Below are positions 23,580-32,000 of a stretch of DNA of 32,000 bases, one piece after another. Within the stretch, counting starts at the first letter, position 1, and the number at the start of each line of letters is the position of its first letter. The stretch lies in NCBI RefSeq assembly GCF_000219175.1, contig NC_015735.1:390001-422000 (forward strand), in the 5' to 3' direction. The notes beneath the pieces are model-generated. The model saw only the letters and a program-made list of their open reading frames with translations, did not search any database and was not told the DNA's origin. A program made the position numbers and the translations under genes. This stretch comes from Candidatus Moranella endobia PCIT. GTDB lineage: Bacteria; Pseudomonadota; Gammaproteobacteria; Enterobacterales; Enterobacteriaceae.

Positions 23580-24008
23580 TCACAATTCACCATGAGTCAC
23601 CATGAGAATTTTTTTTAGTATATCGCGAATCTCGGTAAGTAGTATCTCTTCTGCGCTTTGCTTAGATAGTTCATTTGGTGTTTCTTCCTCCTCTTTGTTG
23701 TGCATCCTATTGATAAGCTTAACAATGCAGAACACAGCGAAGGATACTATGAAAAAATCAAAAACATTTTGTAGAAATATACCGTACTCCATTACTGCAG
23801 CCGGTCTGTTCCCTTGCGCCGGCTTGAGTACCCAACTGAATTGCTTAAAATCAATCCCGCCGATCAACAACCCTAGCGGCGGCATAATGACGTGGGCAAC
23901 TAAAGAAGAGACAATATTACCAAAAGCGGCACCAATAATAATACCGACAGCTAGATCGACCACGTTACCACGCATGGCAAATTTACGGAATTCTTGTAAG
24001 AAACTCAC
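23580..24008 (-). CDS. mscL: Large-conductance mechanosensitive channel
   Basis: 142 aa: [63 protein letters not shown]. Confidence 0.97.
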   Translation of the reverse strand: MSFLQEFRKFAMRGNVVDLAVGIIIGAAFGNIVSSLVAHVIMPPLGLLIGGIDFKQFSWVLKPAQGNRPAAVMEYGIFLQNVFDFFIVSFAVFCIVKLINRMHNKEEEETPNELSKQSAEEILLTEIRDILKKILMVTHGEL

Positions 24009-24149
24009 CGACTTACTCTATCATGTTTAGACCGACTAAGTCTAACATAGAATGGATAATGTACCAGATAGTATTAACCCAAATAGGACAACAGTAGATG
24101 CTTAAAAAACAAGTGCTAAAAGTGATTAAGCTGGCTGGCCTGTAAGAGC

Positions 24150-24230
24150 TAACCAACGCGCCGGCCGCATAGCTGCTAGATGGGCGGTTTTTTCCAGCCA
24201 GCATACTGCCTGCTGGCGACAAGCAGTACC
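24150..24230 (-). pseudogene. Possible fossil of the rsmB 5' end
   Basis: KNRPSSSYAAGALVSSYRPASL weakly resembles RsmB [22 protein letters not shown]. It sits just downstream of fmt in the same orientation, the rsmB slot of fmt-rsmB-trkA-mscL. By-eye match only. Confidence 0.25.
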
Positions 24231-24325
24231 TGAACTATTGCTATTATGATATGACTGACGGGGTCGGTACGGTGTTAACTAATTATCGCCACTGACTCAC
24301 TACTACTCTGCTATTTTAGTGCAGA

Positions 24326-25282
24326 TTACTCCAGAAGCGAGCCAGGAATAAACCATTCACTGTGTGCATTAAGCAACGCCTGGACCGGCATCTGTTTTTT
24401 ACCCGCCAGCTGTAACTGAGTTAGTCTCAAAACACCATCGCCAGTGGCGATGTATATGCCAGCCTTGTTAGCTGCCAAAATTGTGCCTGGCGGCGCACAT
24501 GAAATATTATGTTGCGCGCTAACACTGGCATCCCAAACTTTAATTGACTGCCCAGACCAAGGGTAATAACTTGTGGGCCACGGATTAAAGGCGCGGATGT
24601 AGAGCGCAAGCTGCACCGCTGGTAGGCGCCAGTCAATCCTAGCCTCTTCCTTACTTATTTTGTCCGCATAGGTAGCGCGAGAGTTATCTTGTGGCTCAGC
24701 CGTCGCATTACCGGCGGCGAGCTGTTCTATGGTGAACAATAGGGCGTCAGGCCCGATTTGCGATAATTTTTTATAAAGCGAGGCGCTAGTATCGTGTGGA
24801 TGGATAGTGCAAGTGACTTTATGCAGTATGGCTCCGGTATCAAGGCCAGTATCCATCTGTATAATTGTTACGCCAGTAAACTCGTCACCAGCACATAATG
24901 CTCGTTGAAGCGGTGCTGACCCACGCCAGCGCGGTAACAAAGACCCATGTACGTTGATACATCCAAGCCGCGGTAATTCCAGCACCGCCGGGGGCAGGAT
25001 TAAGCCATATGCCACTACAACCATGATATCTGCCTTTAACTTCGCCACCCACCTTTGGGCCTCGAGTGTTTTAAGCGAAGATGGTTGAAATAAAGGGATA
25101 CTATGCATGTCCGCCAATTGCTTGACCGAGCTAGAAGTCAATCGGTAGCCACGTCCTGTTGGTCGATCAGGTTGGGTTAAAACGCCCACTATCTGATGTT
25201 TGGTGCGAATCAGCGCTTCCAAATGGCGCGCGGCGAAATCCGGCGTACCAGCAAAGATAATACGTAAATAATTGCACGTCAT
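24326..25282 (-). CDS. fmt: Methionyl-tRNA formyltransferase
   Basis: 318 aa: [89 protein letters not shown]. Confidence 0.97.
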   Translation of the reverse strand: MTCNYLRIIFAGTPDFAARHLEALIRTKHQIVGVLTQPDRPTGRGYRLTSSSVKQLADMHSIPLFQPSSLKTLEAQRWVAKLKADIMVVVAYGLILPPAVLELPRLGCINVHGSLLPRWRGSAPLQRALCAGDEFTGVTIIQMDTGLDTGAILHKVTCTIHPHDTSASLYKKLSQIGPDALLFTIEQLAAGNATAEPQDNSRATYADKISKEEARIDWRLPAVQLALYIRAFNPWPTSYYPWSGQSIKVWDASVSAQHNISCAPPGTILAANKAGIYIATGDGVLRLTQLQLAGKKQMPVQALLNAHSEWFIPGSLLE

Positions 25283-25288
25283 GAATTC

Positions 25289-25783
25289 CTACTCATGTGC
25301 ATTATTTATTTTTTGAAGAATAAGCTGACGTTTTAGCGGTGATAGATAATCGACAAATAATTTGCCAACTAAGTGATCCATCTCATGTTGAATACAGATG
25401 GATAACAGATCTTCCGCCTCCAGCTCGAAGCTATTACCGTTGCTATCCAGCGCCCGCACTCTTACCTTTGCTGCCCGAGGCACGAAGCAATGTTGACCTG
25501 GAATCGACAAACAGCCTTCATTAATGCTGATCTCACCGCTTTTATCTAGTAGTTCGGGATTGATCAACACTAGGCGTTGCCTATGGTTTTCAGAGACATC
25601 AAGAACAATCAGCCTTTGGTGAATATCAACTTGGGTAGCAGCTAGGCCGATTCCATCTGCAGCGTACATAGTCTCAAACATATCATTCAAGAGGCTTCGT
25701 ATGGCATTATTTACGTTGGTAACTGGTTTAGCAACTTTTCTTAGCCGTTTATCAGGATAATGTAATACTTGTAATAAGGTCAT
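25289..25783 (-). CDS. def: Peptide deformylase
   Basis: [63 protein letters not shown]. Start placed at internal Met-27 of the tracked ORF. Confidence 0.96.
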   Translation of the reverse strand: MTLLQVLHYPDKRLRKVAKPVTNVNNAIRSLLNDMFETMYAADGIGLAATQVDIHQRLIVLDVSENHRQRLVLINPELLDKSGEISINEGCLSIPGQHCFVPRAAKVRVRALDSNGNSFELEAEDLLSICIQHEMDHLVGKLFVDYLSPLKRQLILQKINNAHE

Positions 25784-26054
25784 CTTGGTGTGACTCTTCA
25801 TATGATTATGCACAACATGTTCACCAGCATTGTAAACAGTTGTGAAACTAATTGACAGCAATTAGTATGCAGGTTAGGCAAAGAATCAGTGTAAAATGCT
25901 TAGCATTAATATAAAATGGCCCATTAACCGGCCGGCGGCTAGCATGTATGTATCTTGTTTATTTACTTGAGATATTGCTATCGGTTACCATCTGTTGTTT
26001 TAATAATTATTAACAATAACCAATTTCTACCATGACGCAAGTAAAAAAAAAATA

Positions 26055-27683
26055 TTGGTAACCTGCGCGTTACCTTATGCTAATGGATGCATCCATCTAG
26101 GCCATATGCTTGAGCATATACAGGCGGATATCTGGGTGCGTTATCAACGAATGTGCGGCCATCAGGTTTATTTTATCTGTGCCGATGATGCTCACGGCAC
26201 GCCAATTATGCTTAAAGCGCAGCAATTGGGAATCACACCGGAAGAGATGATTAACGCCATTAACCTAGAGCATCAGAAAGATTTTGCTGGCTTTGGTATC
26301 AGCTATGACCATTACTATTCTACTCATAGCGAGGAAAATCGCCAGTTATCTACGTTGATTTATCAACGTCTGAAAGAAAACGATTTCATCAAATCACGCA
26401 CGATTTCCCAGTTATTTGATCCCGAACTGGCCATGTTTCTACCCGATAGATTTGTAACCGGAACCTGTCCGAAATGCTATTTACCCGATCAGTACGGTGA
26501 TAACTGCGAGAGATGTGGCGCTACCTATAATCCAACGGATCTGATCAATCCGAAATCAGCGGTATCCGGTGCCAAGCCAGTGATGCTGGAATCAGAGCAT
26601 TTTTTCTTTGATTTACCTGCCTTCAGTGACATGCTGCGCTCATGGATGCGCTCTGGCGCGGTGCAAGAGCAGGTGGCAAATAAGATGCATGAGTGGTTAG
26701 ATTCAGGGTTGCAGCAGTGGGATATTTCCCGCGACGCGCCCTATTTTGGCTTTGAAGTGCCAGATGCACCAGGCAAATATTTCTATGTATGGATGGATGC
26801 TCCAATCGGATATATGGGCGCTTTTAAGAATTTTTGCCAGCAGCGTAACGACAACGACATTTGCTTTGAGGAGTTTTGGCATGTAGATTCACAAGCCGAT
26901 CTGTATCATTTTATTGGCAAGGACATTATCTATTTTCACAGTCTGTTCTGGCCTGCAATGTTAGAAGGAAGTAAGTTCCGCAAACCTACTAATTTATTTG
27001 TCCACGGTTATGTGACTATCAACGGTGCAAAGATGTCTAAGTCACGCGGCACGTTTATAACTGCCAGCACCTATCTAGAGCACCTGGATGCAGACTGCCT
27101 GCGTTATTACTACGCCACTAAACTTTCATCGCGCATCGATGATATAGACCTTAATCTAGGCGATTTTGTTCAGAGGGTTAACGCTGATATTGTTAATAAA
27201 GTGGTCAACCTAGCTTCACGCAACGCCAATTTTATCAATAGACATTTTGATTGCCAGTTGGCAGATCACATAGAAAACCCAGTGTTGTATGCAACCTTTG
27301 TGAATGCAGCGCCATCTATTGGTGAAGCATTTAACAACCGTGAAACCAGCCGCGCTATCCGTGAAATTATGACCCTAGCTGACTTGGCAAACCGCTATAT
27401 AGCTGAACAAGCACCCTGGGTTGTGGCTAAACAGGCAGGAAGAGAGGTAGATCTGCAGGCAATCTGTTCGATGGGAATTCAACTGTTCCGGTTGCTCATG
27501 ATCTATTTGAAACCAATACTACCCTCACTGGCAGCACGGGTAGAAGTATTTCTTGATTCACCACTCACTTGGAGATCAGTTTCAATACCGCTAGTATCGC
27601 ATCGCATTAGACCGTTCAAGGTACTGTTCAGTCGTATCGAACCATCACAAATTGAGGCAGTTATCGAAGCATCGCATAATTAA
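26055..27683 (+). CDS. metG: Methionyl-tRNA synthetase catalytic core, lacking in-frame N-terminal codons and the C-terminal domain
   Basis: [56 protein letters not shown]. The ORF opens at TTG 26055; a canonical-looking ATGACGCAAGTA at 26032 is in another frame after a run of A residues. The ORF stops at [10 protein letters not shown], matching the end of the E. coli core (VEALVEASK). Confidence 0.93.
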   Translation: MVTCALPYANGCIHLGHMLEHIQADIWVRYQRMCGHQVYFICADDAHGTPIMLKAQQLGITPEEMINAINLEHQKDFAGFGISYDHYYSTHSEENRQLSTLIYQRLKENDFIKSRTISQLFDPELAMFLPDRFVTGTCPKCYLPDQYGDNCERCGATYNPTDLINPKSAVSGAKPVMLESEHFFFDLPAFSDMLRSWMRSGAVQEQVANKMHEWLDSGLQQWDISRDAPYFGFEVPDAPGKYFYVWMDAPIGYMGAFKNFCQQRNDNDICFEEFWHVDSQADLYHFIGKDIIYFHSLFWPAMLEGSKFRKPTNLFVHGYVTINGAKMSKSRGTFITASTYLEHLDADCLRYYYATKLSSRIDDIDLNLGDFVQRVNADIVNKVVNLASRNANFINRHFDCQLADHIENPVLYATFVNAAPSIGEAFNNRETSRAIREIMTLADLANRYIAEQAPWVVAKQAGREVDLQAICSMGIQLFRLLMIYLKPILPSLAARVEVFLDSPLTWRSVSIPLVSHRIRPFKVLFSRIEPSQIEAVIEASHN

Positions 27684-27907
27684 AAAGTTGGCCAACGTAC
27701 CAGCGGCGTAAACGCAGGATAGTAAAACTGAGCACCCTACTATTGCTGCCAATATTACATTAGTAGATCGATATGCGTGTTGCGCTGATTAAACAAGCCG
27801 AGTACGTTGAAGGAGCTGATAAGTTGCTGAAGTTAACGCTTGATATCGTTGGTTAAGGAAGAATGACGATAATGGTGGCTAATCTGGCGCCACGTAATAT
27901 GTGCTGA
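27684..27907 (+). pseudogene. Decayed C-terminal tRNA-binding domain of metG
   Basis: PTIAANITLVD then [44 protein letters not shown] matches E. coli MetG DPIQETITFDD...[29 protein letters not shown]...[13 protein letters not shown], with stops and an internal deletion. Confidence 0.9.
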
Positions 27908-28095
27908 AGGGAGGGATATAGTAGTGGTTGCTAACTTCACTGGTTTCATATTAAGATTAAGGTATTGATTTAATTGACTAATCTATTGTTATAATATTGT
28001 GTTGTTAGGCTGGCTACACTGTGTTAACACGTATGATTGCCAAACGCACACCATAAGCTAACCAATGTTGATACTATTGTAAACAGATAAAACGT

Positions 28096-28167
28096 CGTCT
28101 CCGACAGGAATCGAACCTGTAACTAGCTCTTAGGAGGGGCTTATTATATCCATTTAACTACGGAGAC
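28096..28167 (-). tRNA. tRNA-Arg (anticodon CCT), no encoded CCA
   Basis: Reverse complement GTCTCCGTAGTTAAATGGATATAATAAGCCCCTCCTAAGAGCTAGTTACAGGTTCGATTCCTGTCGGAGACG; 7-bp acceptor and 5-bp T stem intact; resembles E. coli argW. Confidence 0.9.
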
Positions 28168-28307
28168 ATATTAAATAATAGTATAGCTTATCTGCTGCAA
28201 AAAAGCAGCAATTATAGTTGCGTTTGATCAATTACTAGTCATAATACGTATTATGCATGTCATTAGGTGAACTAAGTGGGGGCCATCTGCGTCGTTTTAT
28301 CTCTGAT

Positions 28308-29175
28308 CTATCGGATAGATATCTTATCTACCTGCTCATTATCTATCAACCGGGTCTTACCTAGCCAAGCAGTGAATAACACAACTGCTCGCAAACTAGA
28401 TACTGTTAATGGCTTCATGGTAACAGCGTTTCTGATAATCAACGTATTTGGCTATGATACCGACATGTAGCAGTAGCTCCGCCGCTGCCAGCACATTATC
28501 ATTATGTCGTTCTCCAACACGCAGCGGCACTACTACTACCAGTTGCGTGAGTGCTTGATATAACTGTGGCACAATCAGTTTCGCTTCAGCGTTCAGATAA
28601 CTGTTACGCGAACTTAGCGCCAAATTATCTGCGGTGCGCACCGTAGGTACACCAATAATATCGGTATCATAGCCCATATGCCGTACCAACTGACGAATAA
28701 TTGCTAATTGCTGAAAGTCTTTTTCGCCAAAGTAAGCAACTTCAGGTTGCATAAGATTGAATAGCTTGCTCACAACAGTGGCGACACCGCGAAAGTGACC
28801 TGGTCGGTTTGCACCCTCTAGAATCTTAGTGAAACCAGGCACATCAACAAACGACTGATTAACAATACCGTAAGGGTAAATTGCTGAAGTAGCAGGGACG
28901 AATACCATGTCAACGTCGTGCCAGGTCAACTGTTCGTAGTCTTGTTGCAGTGTCCGCGGGTAAGATGCCAGATCTGCTGTGCGGTCGAACTGTATAGGGT
29001 TGACGAACACGCTTACCACGACTTTATTTTCTGCACGAACGCGACCAGTGTCCATTAACTTAACATGGCCGGTATGCAAATTTCCCATGGTTGGGATGAG
29101 AGCTATATGCTTATTTTCCTGACGCCACTGTGTAACCGTTTGCCGCAGTGTCTGCGTCTTTTTGATAATCAGCAC
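28308..29175 (-). pseudogene. panC: Pantothenate synthetase with a C-terminal frameshift; uninterrupted ORF is 28396..29175
   Basis: [88 protein letters not shown]. The expected C terminus [36 protein letters not shown] is in the +1 frame. Confidence 0.85.
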
Positions 29176-29186
29176 GCTAGTATCCT

Positions 29187-29993
29187 TTATGAGTGAAAAC
29201 TGTGTTCGGTGGTGGGAAAGCGGCCGGCTTCTACTTCTTGCACATAACAGCGCACGGCGGCGGCAAGATCCCCTCCGGCCGAGAGAAAATTATTCGAGAA
29301 TGAAGGCGAGCTAGAGCCAGTTATACCTAGTGCATCATGCATCACAAGAATCTGACCGTCGGTAACAGCACCAGCGCCAATGCCAATAACAGAGATTGCC
29401 AATGCCTGGGTCACGCGTTCCGCTAGTGCCACCGGCACACATTCTAGTACAAGCAGCTGGGCGCCTGCATGTTCCAGCGCGAGCGCATCGGTCAGCAATT
29501 GCTCAGCACTGGTAGGATCACGACCATGAATTTTATAGCCGCCAAAAATATTTACCGACTGCGGGGTTAGACCTAGGTGTCCACATACTGGTACTGCCCG
29601 CTCAGTTAGCGCGCTAACCGTATCTGCCAGCCACGCGCCGCCCTCCAGTTTCACCATGTTGGCGCCAGCTCGCATAAGTGCAGATGCACTATCAAAGGCC
29701 TGCGCCGGCGTGGCATAGCTCATAAACGGCATATCTGCTAGCAGCAAGCAGTAGGGGGCGCCTCGCCGCACACAGCGGGTATGATAAATTATATCATCTA
29801 AGGTAACAGGTAGCGTTGATGCGTGGCCCTGCATTGTCATTCCCAAGGAGTCGCCCACTAGCATAACTTTAATGCCTTGTTCAGTGAATAGGCGGGCAAA
29901 CGCAGCGTCGTAGGCCGTAATGGACGCGAATTTTTGCTGTTGTTGCTTCCATCGGTGCACATGATAAATGGTGGTCATAGTAGTAGTGGTCAT
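29187..29993 (-). CDS. panB: 3-methyl-2-oxobutanoate hydroxymethyltransferase; start uncertain (29993 or 29978)
   Basis: [118 protein letters not shown]. Confidence 0.95.
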   Translation of the reverse strand: MTTTTMTTIYHVHRWKQQQQKFASITAYDAAFARLFTEQGIKVMLVGDSLGMTMQGHASTLPVTLDDIIYHTRCVRRGAPYCLLLADMPFMSYATPAQAFDSASALMRAGANMVKLEGGAWLADTVSALTERAVPVCGHLGLTPQSVNIFGGYKIHGRDPTSAEQLLTDALALEHAGAQLLVLECVPVALAERVTQALAISVIGIGAGAVTDGQILVMHDALGITGSSSPSFSNNFLSAGGDLAAAVRCYVQEVEAGRFPTTEHSFHS

Positions 29994-29998
29994 AGTAG
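29969..29998. repeat. Tandem duplication of a 15-nt unit spanning the panB start
   Basis: tggtggtcatagtag / tagtggtcatagtag on the + strand (one mismatch). Confidence 0.75.
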
Positions 29999-30309
29999 TA
30001 TACAAACTCCGCACTACGGGGGGGTAACAACTGTATTCTTAAGGAAAAAGTCCATTTTAATACAAGCTTTACCGTTGGTATAGAATATATGACCAAAAAA
30101 TTTTAGGGAGGTTACCAATCCTGCAGCGCAGGTACTTTTCCCCACCAGTGAATTGGCGGGGGAATATCCCAACCAGTGTTAATACTCTATCTTCTGGTTA
30201 GTTAGGTAGGTTAATGCTCTGCTGCCGCGCGTGATTGCTTGCTTGATAGTAGTGAACACGGCAGTAACGGTGCTCCTCATTCCTATAAACAAGGTAGTGA
30301 CGTGACCAT

Positions 30310-30660
30310 GACACAGAAGCTCGGTCAGTGCGATACCGTCTGGAAACAGTAGTTTTGGTGCTAGCTCGGCAAACGGATATAGCATGTTTGAATGCGCGGT
30401 TATGCATGTCATAATACGGCACCGTTAGGCAATTAATCGCGAGCGATATATCTAAATAGCAGCTATGTAACTTACGGCGATGCGAGTACGTCGTATGAAT
30501 GAGCTAGCAGCTAAGCTAGTAGCGTTTTAGGCAAGGTTGTGGTATATACACATAGATAGTAGGCAGGTCAAGCAGATGGGTTGGCGGCAGATCATACAAC
30601 GACGCCTAGATAGCAGCGCTGACCTGCTATATTACTACCAAGAGCCAGCCATACTGGCTG
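30310..30660 (-). pseudogene. folK: folK (HPPK) fossil
   Basis: Minus-strand pieces VWLALGSNIA (compare VAYIAIGSNLA), YHTTLP (compare YRTPPLG), DISLAINCLTVPYYDMHNRAF (compare LDIMLFGNEVINTERLTVPHYDMKNRGF) and MLYPFAELAPKLLFPDGIALTELL (compare MLWPLFEIAPELVFPDGEMLRQIL), with deletions and frameshifts, in the pcnB-folK-panB slot. Confidence 0.85.
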
Positions 30661-30665
30661 CTCCA

Positions 30666-31973
30666 TCAAGCGCTGTCGTTTTTTGGTACCCGACGACGCG
30701 GACGATAGTTAGTGGGCGCGTCATTGCCTAGCATGAGCAACATATTTGTTTGCCGTTGCGGCGCAGCAATCTGGAACTCACCCCACCAACGACTGAGCTG
30801 CTGCAGTTCGGTGTTTTTTTCAACTTCGGCGCGCAACGTTAACAAATCATAGGCGGAGCGAAATTTGGGATGCATTATCATCTTATGGGCGCTCTTGCCA
30901 TGACGACGCGACAGCCGTAACTGAAGTTGCCACATATCCCGCATTAGGACGGTTATGCGTTTGGGTATCGCCAGCGTGCGGCATTGTTGGTCGATAATCT
31001 CTTGCATCGACAACACGAAAGCTTCAAAGTAAGACATACCGCTTTTTTCTTGAGTACGTTTCTGCACATGATCCAACAGCGGATACCACAGCATGGCAGC
31101 GAACAAGAAAGCAGAATTTACCCTCATATTATTGCGTAACCGCTGATCGGTGTTGGCCAGTACCTTAATTATCATCTGTTCCAAATAACTGTCGCCGTGC
31201 GAGGTAACATGATGGCTGATGACTGGAAACAGCGGCTGAAAAAGTTGGTATTTGCACAAAAGGCGGTAGGTAGCTTCACCGTATCCCGCCTGTAGTAGCT
31301 TTAGTGATTCTTCAAACAGCCTTGCAGGCGGGATATCGTGTAATAGTACCGCCAGTCGGGTAATTGGTGCGGCGGTTTCGCGACTGATGTTCATATTCAG
31401 TTTAGCAGCAAAACGCATCGCGCGCAGCATGCGCACCGGATCTTCCCGATAACGTATTTCTGGATCACCAAGCAAGCGAATGGTGCCTTCCTGTAAATCT
31501 TTCAGCCCCCCGGTATAGTCGCGCAGGGTAAAATCTGCCACGCTATAATACAGGCTGTTAACCGAAAAGTCGCGGCGCTGGGCATCTTCCTCGATGGATC
31601 CAAAAATATTATCGCGTAGCAGCATACCGTTGTTACTGGTGAGAGCTGCGCCCGGCGAGTATTCATTCTTTAGCACCTGATGCTGGCCTCGGAACGTGGC
31701 TACTTCTATAATTTCTTGCCCAAACATGACGTGGGCCAACCGAAAACGACGGCCAACTAGTCGGCAATTGCGGAATAGTTTACGCATCTGCTCTGGCGTT
31801 GCGCTGGTGGTGATGTCGAAATCCTTGGGTTTTTGACCGAGCAGCAGATCACGAACACCGCCGCCTACTAAATAGGCTTCGTATCCCGCTTTGTTCAAGC
31901 GGTAAAGCACTTTTAGGGCATTTTCACTGATCTCTTTGCGAGAAATTGAGTGCTGATCTCGCTGGATAATCAC
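30666..31973 (-). CDS. pcnB: Poly(A) polymerase I; N-terminus may extend past the window edge
   Basis: [119 protein letters not shown]. The frame stays open to the window end upstream of the GTG. Confidence 0.96.
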   Translation of the reverse strand: MIIQRDQHSISRKEISENALKVLYRLNKAGYEAYLVGGGVRDLLLGQKPKDFDITTSATPEQMRKLFRNCRLVGRRFRLAHVMFGQEIIEVATFRGQHQVLKNEYSPGAALTSNNGMLLRDNIFGSIEEDAQRRDFSVNSLYYSVADFTLRDYTGGLKDLQEGTIRLLGDPEIRYREDPVRMLRAMRFAAKLNMNISRETAAPITRLAVLLHDIPPARLFEESLKLLQAGYGEATYRLLCKYQLFQPLFPVISHHVTSHGDSYLEQMIIKVLANTDQRLRNNMRVNSAFLFAAMLWYPLLDHVQKRTQEKSGMSYFEAFVLSMQEIIDQQCRTLAIPKRITVLMRDMWQLQLRLSRRHGKSAHKMIMHPKFRSAYDLLTLRAEVEKNTELQQLSRWWGEFQIAAPQRQTNMLLMLGNDAPTNYRPRRRVPKNDSA

Positions 31974-32000
31974 AAAATTGCTGCAATTTTCTTTTGATGT

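Noticed and set aside
23602-24030. 142-aa plus-strand ORF opposite mscL
   Set aside because: Covers almost the same interval as the confidently identified mscL on the minus strand; its composition looks like antisense translation with no family motif.
28192-28216. Hairpin-like TGCTGC-AAAAAA-GCAGCA between the tRNA-Arg and panC regions
   Set aside because: Six-bp stem with no U tract; short enough to be chance, so not called a terminator.
28276-28470. 64-aa plus-strand ORF near the panC 3' end
   Set aside because: Overlaps the out-of-frame but recognisable panC C terminus on the opposite strand; no family similarity seen.

Overview
This 32 kb window looks like part of a reduced, pseudogene-rich gammaproteobacterial (Enterobacterales-like) genome, most plausibly an insect endosymbiont still undergoing gene loss; that lifestyle and taxonomy are inferred from gene order and decay. 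The gene order is E. coli-like with genes missing: tsf-(pyrH remnant)-frr-(dxr remnant)-uppS-bamA-skp-lpxD-(fabZ pseudogene)-lpxA-lpxB-dnaE-accA, then tRNA-Ala(GGC)/gltX/tRNA-Val(TAC)-tRNA-Lys(TTT), htpX, clpP-clpX-lon, mscL/fmt/def, metG, tRNA-Arg(CCT), and panC-panB-(folK remnant)-pcnB. I found no convincing novel system, CRISPR array, phage or mobile element. The most useful signals are reading-frame lesions and gene fossils: a 4-nt duplication that shifts the tsf 3' end; a tiny pyrH relic; a fabZ ORF with three lesions; a metG start separated from its ORF by an about 10-A run; a metG ORF ending where the catalytic core ends, with its tRNA-binding domain decaying downstream; a 1-nt insertion in panC; and folK, dxr and possible rsmB fossils. 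Two tRNA genes also have non-CCA 3' ends. Protein calls come from recalled family sequences, not database searches; fossil coordinates may be off by a few nt.
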